A DNA stretch of 64,000 nt from Rhizophagus irregularis (lineage: Eukaryota). The stretch lies in contig NC_089430.1 of assembly GCF_026210795.1 (NCBI RefSeq), forward strand, positions 5,642,001 through 5,706,000. The letters are read 5' to 3'. This document shows, piece by piece, positions 14,911 to 28,900 of the stretch (position 1 is its first letter; each line of letters begins with the position of its first letter). The notes beneath the pieces were generated by a model. It did not search any database and had not been told where the DNA came from. It saw only the letters and a program-made list of their open reading frames with translations. The position numbers and the translations under genes are program-made.

Positions 14911-16718
14911 TAATAATTGTTGGATGCTTATTTTGAGGAGGTATAATATTAGTTTAAGATAGTATATATATATTTTAATATTATGGGCGCTAATTTTAAT
15001 AAAGAAACACTTTAAAATCATTTTAAAGTTTGCGATTTTTGCATTGGATGATGTATAGCAATTCTTAGATAAGTGTTGAATGTGAATCTACTGCGCCCTT
15101 GTGACATCAGTTTCAATGGAAATTTAATAGGGGCTGTGCGGCGTGCGAATCACAAATATATTCACATTTTCTTTCTAAGACTATTTGTATTTATTTATTG
15201 CGTAGCCATGTCCTAGCCATGCTATTATCATATCAATAAAACAATATTTGGATATTTTTTCTTAATCAATACTTTCGCATATGAGATTTGGGATGTGTAT
15301 ATTAATCCTTCATCATTTGCAAGAGAAATTAATGAAGTGATGAAATGCAGCGTGTAATTGCTGGTGAAAATCTGGGGAATGTTTTTTTCCTGTGAAATTT
15401 TTTTTTATTTTTTTGGCTTTTTCAAATCGAAAAAAAAAATTTTTTATTTATTATTTTCAGTTTTTTTTTGTTCAATACCGAAATTTTTTTTTAATTTTTG
15501 GTTCAATACCGAAAAATAAATTTTTTTGTCAATTTGTCAATTTTTTTTTTATTTTGGTTCAAACCGAAAAAAAATTTTTTTTAATCAAATTTTTTATTTT
15601 CAGTTTTTTTTAGTTCAATAACCGAAAAATAAATTTTTTTATAATCTTTAGTTTATATTTTTTTTTTTTGTTTCAAAAAATAAATTTTTTATTTTTTGAT
15701 TTGTAAATTTCTTTCTTATTGTTAATAGATTTTTTATTATTATTATACATTTTTTTTTATTAAATATTTATAATGATAATTAGCAACAATAAAAAGATTT
15801 TTATATATTTTTTATTGTTTATTATAGCCATCAATTTTTCTATAAATCCAAATGGCTTCTTTTCAGGAAATATTTGAAGTTGAGGTGCCTTTTTTTTGTT
15901 AGTAACGTCACTAACGTGCATTTCTTTAAGTTTATTGAGTTTATTGAATTCTAGAACTTGATCAATACACAATTTACTAACGCCACGTATTGTACTGTGC
16001 ATTTATTGTACGTGACTGTGCTATGTAAACATAACACTACAAATAAGAAACTAAATTAATACTATGTAGCTAAAGGACTAGATACAAAAAAAGAAAGTTA
16101 ATAGAAGAGTTTTCTTCGTATCAATATGAGCGCCACCGTAACTCATAAGCTAATATACATCGGGTAAACCCGCGAATCGTGGTACTTAGCGATTCCTGGT
16201 TTGGATCACAGATTCTGTGGCAGTAATTATAAAATTTTATGAAAATATTAAATTTAAATAATAACGTCTGGTCGTCTGGGTAATAACTATAATACTTAAA
16301 TTTTGACCGGAATTAAATAGGTAGTTTATCCAGAATTATAGAAGTTCCGGGTTATGTTATGAACCCGGAACCGACCCGGCCCGAAAATTTTGCCCGGCCC
16401 GAGTCTGGCCCGTTCTAATGTAGAAATCAAAGAAATTCATTGACCGACGGGAAAAACGCCATATTTAGTTAGCACAGAATCTTATTCTCATCACTGCACC
16501 AATCAGAACGTCTTTACTTTATATAAATAATAAAAAATAATTGAATTTGACATGCATTGGGGTGATAAATAAATATCTTATTAGATACTTGCCCATTAAT
16601 AATCAAAAATAGTTAAGATATATTTTTTCGGAGCTTGTTCATACGCTAGACATTTGTACTTTCTTTCGAAAATTTCTATCCTCGAAAATTTATCATTGAA
16701 AATATATTGTGAAAAACA

Positions 16719-17335
16719 ATGCGAATTGATACAATCATAACGGATGAACAAAATCTTAGTTCATCAAAAACTAGTGGAAGTGAAATATTGAACGCTAATA
16801 ATTCAGGTATTATTACTATTATTATTATTATTACGGTATATAAAAATATATATATATTTTTATAATAGCTAGATGTATAAAGTTCAAATATATTTTTATA
16901 TATTTTTTCCAATATTACGTTCAATAAACTAACTAGCGTTAAAACATCGACAACGTCAACCTTCCGTACAATCTCAATCTACCGTTGATGACCAATTTAT
17001 TAATCAAAATAAAAGTGGAATAATTACTTGCGGAAGATGTTCAATTTTAATTGTTTCAATTTTTATGATAATTCTTGTATTCGGTATTTATTTCAAACAT
17101 GTAAGAAATTTATTCTTAATATTGTGAAACTTTTTAATAAGAATTTGCATTAATTTTTCATTGACTAATAACTGATATCTTTGAATTACCTCAAAGAAGA
17201 TTTATATTCCAGGTATATTGTTGTGATAGTTAAACTATTCTTTCTTTGCATATTGATACTTATTTTATATATTGTATACTATTAGGTAACTACTATTTCA
17301 GAATTTCTGATTTTGTATCACTTGTTTCTCTTTAA
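16719..17335 (+). CDS. Small (~105 aa) protein with one predicted transmembrane segment, 4 exons
   Basis: Exons 16719-16806, 16937-17100, 17197-17212 and 17286-17335 splice in frame via GT-AG introns: MRIDTIITDEQNL..ALKHRQRQ..GIITCGRCSILIVSIFMIILVFGIYFKHKIYIPGNYYFRISDFVSLVSL*. No homology recognised. Confidence 0.5.
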
Positions 17336-17367
17336 TGAATCAATTATTTTCTACAATCTGAATAATA

Positions 17368-19579
17368 ATGGCAGATGTAATGTAAGGAACATATAAAATT
17401 CGTTTCCAGATATTCATATTTTTTAATACTTATAAATTTTCATACCTTAGATTTGAACCGAAACCGATTAAACTTTCATCACCCAACGCAACAGCCATAC
17501 TCTTAATTGGAAAAACGGGTATGCTCTGATATCATATTTATCGTAACTTTCTTTTTTAGTTAATTATTTTTTTTTTTTAATTTGAATATTTTTTACATTT
17601 ATTTGTAAAGGCTGTGGCAAAAGCACGTTGGGAAATTTATTGTTGAAAACCTCTAAAAATGAAAACCCCACTTTCAATGTTTCAAATAGTTTTGTATGTA
17701 TGAAAAATAAATGAACTCTATTATAAATAATTTCACTTATTTTAGTTTTCTAATTTTCAAAAATGTTTAGTCATCCGTTACAAAAAAAGCCGATTTTGCA
17801 TTTTTCCAAATTGAAAATGAAATTTATAACATTGTTGATACGCCAGGAATTTTTGATACTGATGATCTCAACGAAGTTGTCCTAGAAGAAATTGCTCGAA
17901 CCATCCAAAAGTGTATTTATGGGATTAAAGCTATATTATTCGTATTTGGTGAGTGAAAATATTAATAATTATATTCATGATGAGATAGGTATATATTAAA
18001 AAAGTTGTTTATAGAAGCAAAACGGTACACAAAAGAACAAGCGGAAATGGTCGACAGAATAAAATTATTTCTCGGAGATGAAGCTCTTCAATACATGATA
18101 ACTGTCTTTTCACATTGTGACAAAAAGCAGACCGAAGATCTTGAACATTTTAAAAAATCTTGGAATCAACCAATTAAGGCTTTCGTTAATTCCATGGGTA
18201 ATCGGTGGGCTATTTCTCCGAACCCAGATATTTTTCCACCTGATAATCTTGTGCATCAACAACGCCTCGGAGAATTAAAAAATCATATCATTTCTATAAA
18301 TGGAGTTTACACAAATGAATTACTCGAAAATGCCAGGAAGGAGCAAGAAGAAAATGCAAGAATATTGAGAGAAGCAGAAGAAAAACGACAAAGAGAATAT
18401 GATGAACTTAAAAGGAAAGAAGGTGAAGCTATTGCATGGGCAAAATATGTGGAGAAGAAGGCAGAAGATGAGAAAAAAGCAAATGAAAAACATAATGAGG
18501 AACTAAAGAATATTAAGAAATCTTTACTTGAACAAATAAATGATCTTAAGAAGGAAATGGGCAAACTTGCTGAAGTCAATGAAATTCTTTCCAATGATAG
18601 GGCGAATTATGAAAAACTGAAGAAAGAATATGAGAGAAAAGCAGATGAAAATTATGAAAAACTAAAGAAAGAGTCAGATGAAAAACATAATGAAGAACTA
18701 AAATCTTTGCTTGATCAAATAAATCATCTAAGTATGAGAATAGCTGATACAGCAAATAGAAGAGAAACCATAATATATAGAGACAGTGGTGGTTGTTTCG
18801 GACTTGAAACACAAATCAAACTTGAATCGGGAAGGATTATTCAAATGTCAGAACTTCAAACAGGAGATCGAGTTTTATCAAACATAAGAAATGGTATTGC
18901 TGAATACTCGGAGGTTTATCTTATTGCTCACATTGGAAAACTCGAACATGAAGAGGAGTTTGCTAGAGTCAGCTTTACTAGACCGGATGGATCTAAAGGT
19001 AATTTTTTTGTTTTAGATAATTTGTGAACAAATAAATTATTTGTTTTTATCATCCATTTTCTTATTTTCTCTTAGGTCAATTACGGCTTACAATTACTCA
19101 CTATGTCTTTGATGAAAATTTATCAATTAAATTTGCCAAAGATTTGCGTCCAGGAGAAACAAAGATTTTAGTATCAGATGATAATAATAAGCTAGTTCCA
19201 GTCTTTGTAGATGATGTAACAACCGTGGGTTTCATTTTATATTTAAATTTATTTTATTAATATTGTTATTATTGTAAATTATTTTTCTTGAAATTGATTA
19301 TCTTAATATTATAAGCAGGAATTGCATGATAAGTACATCAGTTTCTACACGCGAGCTGGCTCAGTTATTGCCAATGGAGTACTTTGTTCCTGTTATGACC
19401 AATGCCCACCGTCTCAAACGTTCATGGATATGGTTTTTTTACCAGTTCGTTGGTGGACTTATATTATACCAAGTACACATCGTGGGGAACGTCTTCATCC
19501 ATATGTTCGATTTTTAGAAATGGCGTATCTTTTATTTACAAATTCTATGGAAAAAGGTAAACGACTTATTGAAAACTAG
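17368..19579 (+). CDS. GIN1: AIG1/GIMAP-type GTPase + coiled coil + Hedgehog-type Hint (Hog) autoprocessing domain, GIN1-like, 578 aa
   Basis: Exons 17368-17381, 17451-17518, 17611-17693, 17771-17948, 18015-18998, 19076-19224 and 19319-19579 give an open 1737-nt CDS. GTPase motifs: G1 LLIGKTGCGKSTLGN, G2 SVT, G3 IVDTPGIFDT, G4-like VFSHCD. A K/E-rich coiled coil follows. Hint motifs: SGG|CFGLETQIKLESG..ELQTGDRVLS, LTITHYVF (TxxH), YTRAGSVIANGVLCSCY, then an SRR-like tail VFLPVRWW..LHPYVRFL. Same architecture as GmGIN1 of Glomus (Funneliformis) mosseae; orthology not tested. Confidence 0.9.
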
Positions 19580-20924
19580 ATTTACAGATTAGGCAGGCGT
19601 CAGTATAAAAAGCAAATAAATACCAATGAAAAATCTGATGATAATCTTTTTTTATTAAACGTAAGATGATTATTTAACATATAATAAATTTAAACCAAGT
19701 GAGGATATTTTGATTATAAGAATAACGACTCTTTAATAAATGATTAGACATTTGATTAAAATGAAATCATATTGAAATTTAGTTTATTATTGATAATCAT
19801 AAGAGACTTAAAATACTAATCCAGCTTTCATAAAATAAATTAGGAAAAAACTTATTAATATGTCATATAATTTAGTAAATTTATTGTACTCTAAACTCAA
19901 AAGGCCTTGAATTTGATTGATATGGTCAAACTTGGGTAGCTAATATGCATGTATTAGATCATATAGATATTCAGTACGGTACAATTTTGAAAACCTGTAC
20001 GGTACGGTTGATTCATCAAACTTCCAAAAATTCCAAAAAATTCCTTACCGTATCGTATTTGCCTTATATATATTATATATATACAATACTGTACGGTACA
20101 GTTTATAAAAATATTTTTTTTTCTTTTATTCATGTGATGTCCAAATAACTATTATAATAAATGGACATTGTTGAGTGCACTTAGCATATATATTATAATG
20201 TTCATTCAATAGAAAAGTGGTCATTTTACCATAGTGATAATTTGGAAACAAATGTCCATTTAATATAATTGATATTTTGACAATTGGACGTCATTTAAAA
20301 AAAAACATCAAACATTACTGTACTGACTTTATAATATTGTAGCATCGGAAAATGTGGTATTGTAGTATTATTTTTGAGGCACAGAATTTTTATTTAATTT
20401 AGGTGTTCAAATTTTTTGCTTTAAATTTACTGCGGTCCGAAATGACCTAAAACTCTTGGCTGATTGTTTTATGTCTACTTTGGGAACTATGGAAATATTA
20501 TTTTGGAAATAATTAATTTAATTGGTGATAATATCAAAATGGATGTTAAAATATTAAATGTAAGGGAAATCAAAGTTTAATGAAATGATCAACACCAGGG
20601 TCACTTCTAATTCTGGGAGAAATTAATTTTATTGGTTCTTAATGCTGGGAAATATTATTTAAAGACCCCAGATTCGTATCTTAAAAAAAAAAAAAAAAAA
20701 AGAATTTAAAAATTAATAATTTGATTAAGTATTTGGTTAAGTATTTTTATTATGTGATTAATTTTAATATTTATTTATTTAGTTATTATATTTGATCGTT
20801 TTATTTAGTTATTTAGTATTCTATTTTGTTTTTGTTTAGTTATTATTTAATTATTAAAACATGTATTACTAATGAACTCGGAAAAGAAATAAAGATTTAT
20901 TAATATTTTAGCAAATGCAATAGG

Positions 20925-21375
20925 CAGTGTTGGGCAATTGGACAATTGGACGTTTTGGACATTTGTCCAAAACCTGTCCAAAACTTGTCCAAAACCAAAA
21001 CCTTTTTTTCATTGGACAGGTTTTGGACAGATCACATGACAAAAAATTTAATTTTGGCCAGAATTATGACTAATTTTGGCTAATTTTAATTTTAGTTCAA
21101 TTATTAAATTACTTCAAAAATCTTTAAATGTTAATTTTTAATATTATTTTGATTTTACATTAATTTTATTATTTAATTATATTAAATATTTACTTTTTTA
21201 ACATTTTAACATTATATTTTATTTTATTTTTAGTTTCAGTTGATAAATATTAGGACTCTTGAGCAGTTTTAAACTGTCCAAAACTATGTCCAAAACTATG
21301 TCCAAAACTGGTTTTGGACAGTCCAAAATTGTCCAATTAAAAAAACCAATTGGACAAGTCCAAAACCCAACACTG
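20925..21375. mobile_element. Non-autonomous hAT-like MITE (451 bp)
   Basis: TIRs CAGTGTTGGG...CCCAACACTG, many subterminal GTCCAAAA/TTTTGGAC repeats, and a flanking direct repeat CAATAGG (7 bp, or 8 if the terminal G is shared). Confidence 0.8.
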
Positions 21376-22315
21376 CAATAGGTCTAGTGGCAAAGGATAA
21401 TAATGCTTGAAGGCTACCTCATGTATTATAAGTACCTAGCACAGCATCTATAAAAAATATATTTATAAATTTCAATGTAACTCTAACATTGACGTTATCA
21501 AAATAATTTTATTTTACTGAAATTTAAATACTTTTTTTTTTTCATCAAAACAAATGAATATAGTAAATAAAATATGCGCCATAACACAGACGTTTATGTT
21601 TGATTAACCTTTCATTAAACTTGAAACGTTAAAAATTTTTATTATACAAGGAAATTCATATAAAATTTAATATGGATTTTGAACCTTTACCGAAATATTA
21701 TTAGGTTAAGGGATTAAACAGTACAACATAATATTTATAAAAGAAGGCCAATAAACTATAAACGTACTTATTATAAGTTAAAAATTTGAATCGAAACTAT
21801 TAATAGTCACCATTTAACATGGTTTTAATTAATAAATAATACAATAACAAATAAAATTTTATTAATCTAAGTATTATCTATAGAACTCATGAAGAGCTAA
21901 AATATATAATTATATTTTATCATCAAATTATTGTAAATCAACATGTTCAAAATGGTCAAAAAATTATTATAATTAATAACTAATACGTTTCTTCTTAATC
22001 CGCATGTTTTTATTATAAGGTATCATTATTTTATTTATGAATAAACTATGTAGTACGATATTCTACATCTGACATTTTCATCGATCGGCAATTAATAAAA
22101 TGAAGATTAATATGCATGTTAGCTCAAACTCATTTTCGTTAAAGTTAACGGAAATATTTAGCTCAAATATATTTTACTATGGCTCATAAATAATAAAAAT
22201 GGTTACAGTAATTAAAAGTGATTAAATAACCCAGGTTCAAACTAAATAAACAATAATGAAAATGAAAAATAAATGAAAAATCGTATATTTAGTATAAAAA
22301 ATCTATCAATATTGG

Positions 22316-22593
22316 AAAATTTGTGCGCACCCCTCCATTTTGGTAATTTTTATATAGTAAAATTTGTCGATCATTAATTATCACGTGACTTTTAGTAAAA
22401 TCCCGATTTTTTTAAATATTCATGCCGCAACTCTTACGTACATATTATAGAGCCTTAGAAATTTATTTACTATGCGTATTTTTGCCTATTCTACAACTTT
22501 ACTTAATGAGCCATGAAGGGTTTAGAATGTCATTTTTGACTCTTATATATAATATCCATGGGGTGCGCACATGCGCAAGTGCGCACAAATTTT
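22316..22593. mobile_element. Degenerate MITE-like element
   Basis: 15-bp inverted repeat AAAATTTGTGCGCAC / GTGCGCACAAATTTT. No clear TSD. Confidence 0.4.
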
Positions 22594-23064
22594 AAACCCT
22601 TATTATTATTAGTTTAAAAGGTGAATTAAAGTGGAACTAGTAACTGGGAAAAAAACTACTCTCCCTCCCAATCTTGAGAGATATAATACATCACGAAAAA
22701 TCCCAACGGACAACTTGATTATGCGTCAATCTGAGTCAATTTGTCTCATCCTGATTACATAATTAGATTATCTACCGGCTAATCATTAATCGTCAAATAA
22801 ACGTATAAATTCTAAATAAAATAATATAATAAAAAATATATTAACACCCCAGTTCCATTGATTCTGGCTGGTGTACCGGGTCCTATTGATCAACATCTGG
22901 AATTTTTTAGTAATCATCCGGACCCACGTCTTCATTACATGAAATCCGAGCTAATTTCACATCGGATCCAATGGGAATCTGGGGCGAAAATTAGTATAGC
23001 CCTGATAAATCAGTTCACCGGCGATACAAAATGATCAACCGGTTACTGTGACGTCGTAACACTA

Positions 23065-24023
23065 TCTTCTATCTAATTAAAAAAATTTTGTCATAAAAAG
23101 ATTACTCATATAAATAATTTGAATTGTGTAACATTGAAAAGTGTGATATTCTTGCGCCCGATCTATTTCGTATTTATCATATCATCATAATTAAGAAAAT
23201 CTTTAAACTGCGGTTAATTAAAATTTTAACTGGATTTTTTTTTATTCTAATAAATTAATACTAACAAAAAAAAAGTATATTAATTGCCACTCTCTTAGTT
23301 ACCACAACTAACCATTTCTATTAGATAGACAATAATAATTCTTTTTTTATTTTCGGATTTTACCGTAAAAACTGAAACTACCTTTTTTAATCTTCTTTAA
23401 CCAAAATTTTTCTTATTCTTTTTTTATTATATTTTGATTGGATCGGAATTTATCAAAGTTTTTGGTTAACCCAAAAGAATATTATTATTCTTTTTTAGTT
23501 TAGATCGGATCAAAACTATAATCAAATTAGAACTATGTCCTACAAATTTTTTGATGTTTGATAAGATTTTTTTTAGTCAATGATATTTGTTTCTGACCAA
23601 TAAATTCGTGTAAAAAATTTTTTTTTTAGTATCAACAAATTTTTTTTTAGTTAGTTTGTTTTTAATTATATAGATACCATAACAATATTAATAATTTTGT
23701 AATGAGAACTTTTTTTGTTTATTGAGATTGTTTTTTTCGATGTAGTGAGATGAGTGAGAACTTTTTTTTGTTTATTGAGATTAATTTTTTCAATATTATT
23801 TCCTGACTAATAAATTCACATAAAAATATTTTTTTTGATGAGATTGTTTTTAATTATATAGATACATAACAATATTTACCTGCATATTATTTTATTTAAA
23901 TTAATTTATATTTTATTACTCTCATAATCTAATTATTAATCAAAGTGAGCTTCTAATTGTGACTAAAAATTTAATATTATATAGTAATACTACTCCCGGT
24001 GTGAAGCAACGGGCAACTGCTAG
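23065..24023 (+). mobile_element. Non-autonomous Helitron-like element
   Basis: The 3' end has the hairpin CCCGGTGTGAAGCAACGGG, then CAACTG, CTAG (24020-24023) and a following T. The candidate 5' end is A|TCTTCTATCTAATTAAAAAAA at 23065 and is approximate. The interior is T-rich with internal duplications. Confidence 0.6.
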
Positions 24024-25991
24024 TTAATATTAAATTAAAATCTAAGCATAAATTTAAATAAAAATTTTATTGGAAAATTTTGGAAAAAATACAACGGCAA
24101 TTTGTGCCGATCTGTTTGTGTGTATAATTGATCGTCCTAACGTCACAATCGTCACATGCAAGTATTGTTTGATTTCCATTTATAGATCTCAGGCCGAAAC
24201 GATGATCTTTTTTAATATTTCGAATCCAACTTTAATTTCCCCCTTTTGTTAGTCTAAATAATTTACAATTTTATCATATGTTACATACGAAGAGCAAAAT
24301 GAAATAATATATTATTAGTCTTTAATTTATTGCACGTAACAAAATTATTAATCATATATGTTTTCGTTATTAAGTTAATCAATTATAGCTTTATATTTAA
24401 AAATGGTTAAAATGCTAAAATTATAAATATCAGGAAATTTGACATAAATACAGTACATGATCTTCATTGTTTTCATACTAGTAAGGATTCAGTTTTAAAT
24501 TAATATGATTGCAAAAAAGAATCATGAGAATTATGTCAGAGGCCACGAAATTAATAAAATAATTTTACGTTTATTTAACAAATAATTAGTTTATTACCAA
24601 AAATAATTTCTTTACCAATATTACAGTTTAGGAACAATTAGTTGATGTGGGAATAAAAAATTTCATTTTCATTATTTTATTGCTTCGTCTAATTCCACAA
24701 ATCTAAGAAAAGTAGCTAATTGCTAGATATGCAGTCACAGAATTTTTTTTTTCGTATGTTCTGCGAATTAATTATCACTTGAAAATAACTGTATTACGTA
24801 TAGTAATGCGAGCATATAATCTTATTGAAATTCGGGAGTCATCAGAAACCATATCCACATATCTGATATACGTACCCGTAAAGGCAAGTACAATAGCCAC
24901 TCAATAACCCATTCACATAATTGTCTAGCGAAGGGCCAAGAATTCAGGATTAGGCGTGACACTTACGATCATTTGGCAATGTAATACAAGATTGAAAACA
25001 GGTTCGGTTTCACAAAAAAGAAAGCAATTAGCTTTTATATTAATAGGATAATCCGATTTGTTGATCACGGAGACATCGGAAATTTAAATACCCAGCTCAT
25101 ACAAAAAAATTTTATATACCAAATTTAGACTGGCAGTAGTAAGGATAGAAGTATCACAATAATCAGTAAGAACTTAGTAGGTTAGTGCATTTTTGTAACA
25201 TTTTCATACAGGATTTTAAGATTTTGGATAAAGAAAACTGGCTTTTATAGAATAAGTAAGCTATGGAATTATCCAGATATTGGTTTTCATGATATTTGAA
25301 TGAATATTCATGGAGTTATTTTTTTTTGTAATTAAATCTAGTGCGCGTATATATTTTTTATTTTACGGAATAATTAAGAACTTTAGCTAGAATATACTTA
25401 GGCTTTGTCGGATAATTAAAATTTTTCAAATTTTTCAGTAGGTTTGGAATATTTGGACATTAAACTTTACTAAATCGAATATTTAATTGTGTTTTAGTTT
25501 AAAAAGTTTTTATGTAACTGCATATTGAACTTTAAATAAATAAAATAAATAAAACATTTTATTTTTAATTGTTAAATTATTTAAAATATTGAAAGTGTAA
25601 ATTTTTTAATTATAACTTGTAAATAATTATAATAATATGGTATTTTTTTTACGTGAACGGTGGTTTCTTAGGAAAATAATAAAAAGCCAAATTAATTTTT
25701 GTGGCTAATAATGATCAAATGTGTCAATCATATTTAAGAAAAAGAGTATAGGACTATACCCCCGGAACCGGGTAAAAGTTAAGGATCCGCAATTTTAAAT
25801 TCTCCTTGTCAGCTAAAAAAGGTTGGGGAGCAAAGTCACCTGATAATCAAAAAGTTTTATTTATATATGGGCTTACACTGAAAATTTTTTCTGTTCTCCT
25901 GCAAAATATAATCCGCACAAACCTTATTCGCTTATTTTATTTTAATCATTTATTCTTGATTATTTATTTAATCAATTTTATTGAATTGTAA

Positions 25992-28900
25992 ATGTATCAA
26001 AGAAAAAAATTATCATGGTCATCTGACTCATCTGACATATATGACTTATCTCGATGTGAAGAATGTGGAGGATATTATTGTAATGTGATGTATTTTCAAA
26101 AAGATTTTAAAAGTTGGACTAGTGGTAATAATGATATTGATAAATTTATCAAAAATGCTCAATTATCAAGTCATAGTGGAAATAAAGCATTAGAATGGAT
26201 ACCTTATGATAAATTACATAATATTAAATATATTGAGAAAATTGGAGTATTTAAAGCAAATTGGATTGATGGATATATTAATAATTGGGATAATATAAAC
26301 CAAAATTGGGTAAGATATGGTAAAAATATGGTTATCACTCTTAAATGTTTAAGTAATCCAAAAATTGGTGCATCAAATTTTATAAATAAGGTATATTATT
26401 TAATGAAATTTTAAAATTTTAATTTTTTTGCTAAATTTACTAACATGTTTACATTTGTAGATTGAAACAGATTATAAATTTTATGGAATAACTCAAGATC
26501 CACAAACAAAAAATTATATGATGGTTTTGAATGATAAATGTAAAAAATGTAATAATGTATGTTATGCAATATACTTTCAACAAAATTTTGAAAGTTGGAC
26601 TAGTGGTAATGATGATATTGATAAATTTATTCAAGGTATTCAGTTATTAGCTCATAATAGCACAAAAGAAGCATTAGAATGGATACATTATAATAAATTA
26701 TATAATATTAAATACATTGAAAAAATTGGAGCATATAAAGCAAATTGGATTGATGGATATGTTAGTGATTGGGATGATATAAATCAAAATTGGGAAAGAT
26801 GTGATGAAAATATGATTATTACTCTTAAAAGTTTAAGTAATCCAAAAGAAATTACATTAGATCTTATGAATGAGGTATTATTTGACGAAATTTAGAATTT
26901 TATCTTTTGCTAAATTTTACTAACATGTTTACATTTGTAGATTAAAACAGATTATGAATTTTATGGAATAACTCAAGATCCACAAACAAAAAATTATATG
27001 ATGGTTTTGAATGATAAATGTAAAAAATGTAACAAAGTATGTTATGCAATATACTTTCAACGAAATTTTGAAAGTTGGACTAGTGGTAATGATGATATTA
27101 ATAAATTTATTCAAGATGCCCAGTTATCAGCCCATAATGATTTGAAGGAAACATTAGAATGGATACCTTATGATAGAATATATAATATTAAATATGTTGA
27201 AAAAATTCATGCATATAAAGCAAATTGGATTGATGGATATATTAATCAGTGGGATAATAAAAGTGATAATTGGAAAAGAAAGGATAAAAATATGATTATC
27301 ACTCTTATAAGTATCAATAATCCAAATAGTCTTACTATATTAGATTTTATTAATGAGGTATATATTATGTAATGAAATTTTGAAATTTATTTTTTGTTGA
27401 ATTTACTAACATATTTACATTTATAGATTAAAATGGATTATGAATTTTATGGAATAACGCAAAATCCACGAACAAAACATTATATGATGGTTTTGAATGA
27501 TAAATGTAAAAAATGTAACCATGCATGTTATGCAATACATTTTCAACAAAATTTTGAAAGTTGGACTAGTGGTAATGATGATATAGATAAATTTATTCAA
27601 AATACTCAGCTATCAGCTCATAATAGCACAAAAGAAGTATTAGAATGGATATATTATGATAAATTATGTAATATTAAATACATTGAGAAAATTGGAGTAT
27701 ATAAAGCAAATTGGATTGATGGATATATTAATGATTGGGATAATGAAAATCAAAATTGGAAAAGATATGGTAAAAGTGCAATTATTGTTCTTAAAAATTT
27801 AAGCAATCCAAAAAATATTACATTAGACGTTATAAATGAGGTATCATTTATTAATGAAATATGAAGTTTTGAAATTTTTAATTTTTATTAAATTTACTAA
27901 CATGTTTACATTTTATACATTTTATTATTTTGTAGATTAAAATGGATTATGAAATTTATGGAATAACTCAAGATCTACAAACCAAAATTTATATGATGGT
28001 TTTGAGTAATAAATGTAAAAAATGTAATTGTGTGTGTGATACAATACATTTTCAACAAAATTTTGAAAACTGGGCTAGTGGTAATGATGATATTGATAAA
28101 TTTATTCAAGACACTCAGCTATCAATTCATACTAAATATAAAGTGTCAGATGTAATGAAATGGAGTGATAATGATGAACTTATTTATGACACTCAGCTAT
28201 TAATTCATACTATATATGAAGTGCCAGATGCAATGGAATGGATACCTTATGATAGACTTTGTGATATTAAGTATATTGAAAAATTTGGAATATTTAAAGC
28301 AAATTGGATTGATGGAAAAATATGTAAATGGGATGATTATAATCAAAATTGGAAAAGAACTGATCAAAATAAGATTGTGGTTTTGACAAATATAAATAAT
28401 CCAAAAAATGCTGCTTTAGAATTTACCATGAATAAGGTACAATTAATTTAACATTTAAATAAATTTATAAATGATAAGTTTTATTAATACAATATATTTG
28501 TAGGTTATAGAATTTTATGGAATTACTCAAGATACACAAACAAAAAATTATATGATGGTTTTGAGTGATAAATGTAAAACATGCCTCTTTGAATGCAATA
28601 TGATACACTTTCAACAAAATTTTAAAAGTTGGACTAGCGGTAATGATGATATTGATAAATTTATTCAAGATATTCAGCTATTAGCTCATAATAGTACAGA
28701 AGAAGTATCAGAATGGATACCTTATGATAGATTTTATAATATCAAATATATTGAAAAATTTGGAATATATAGAGCAAATTGGATTGATGGATATATTAGT
28801 AAATGGGATAATAAAAATCAAAATTGGAGTAGATGTGGTAAAAATATGGTTATCACTCTTAAATGTTTAAGTAATCCAAAAAATATTGCATTAGATTTAG

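Noticed and set aside
18307..18812. Antisense or alternate-frame ORFs over the GTPase coiled coil (likewise 26449, 26929, 28465, 29477, 44777, 47069, 59779)
   Set aside because: They are shadows of real coding regions, with no independent motif support.
18794..19579. Possible true intein
   Set aside because: It lacks the terminal His-Asn plus Cys/Ser/Thr junction and has no endonuclease; the SCY motif and SRR-like tail indicate a Hedgehog-type Hint domain.
22847..22984. Weak inverted repeat CCCCAG..CTGGGG
   Set aside because: Too degenerate and no TSD; cannot support an element call.
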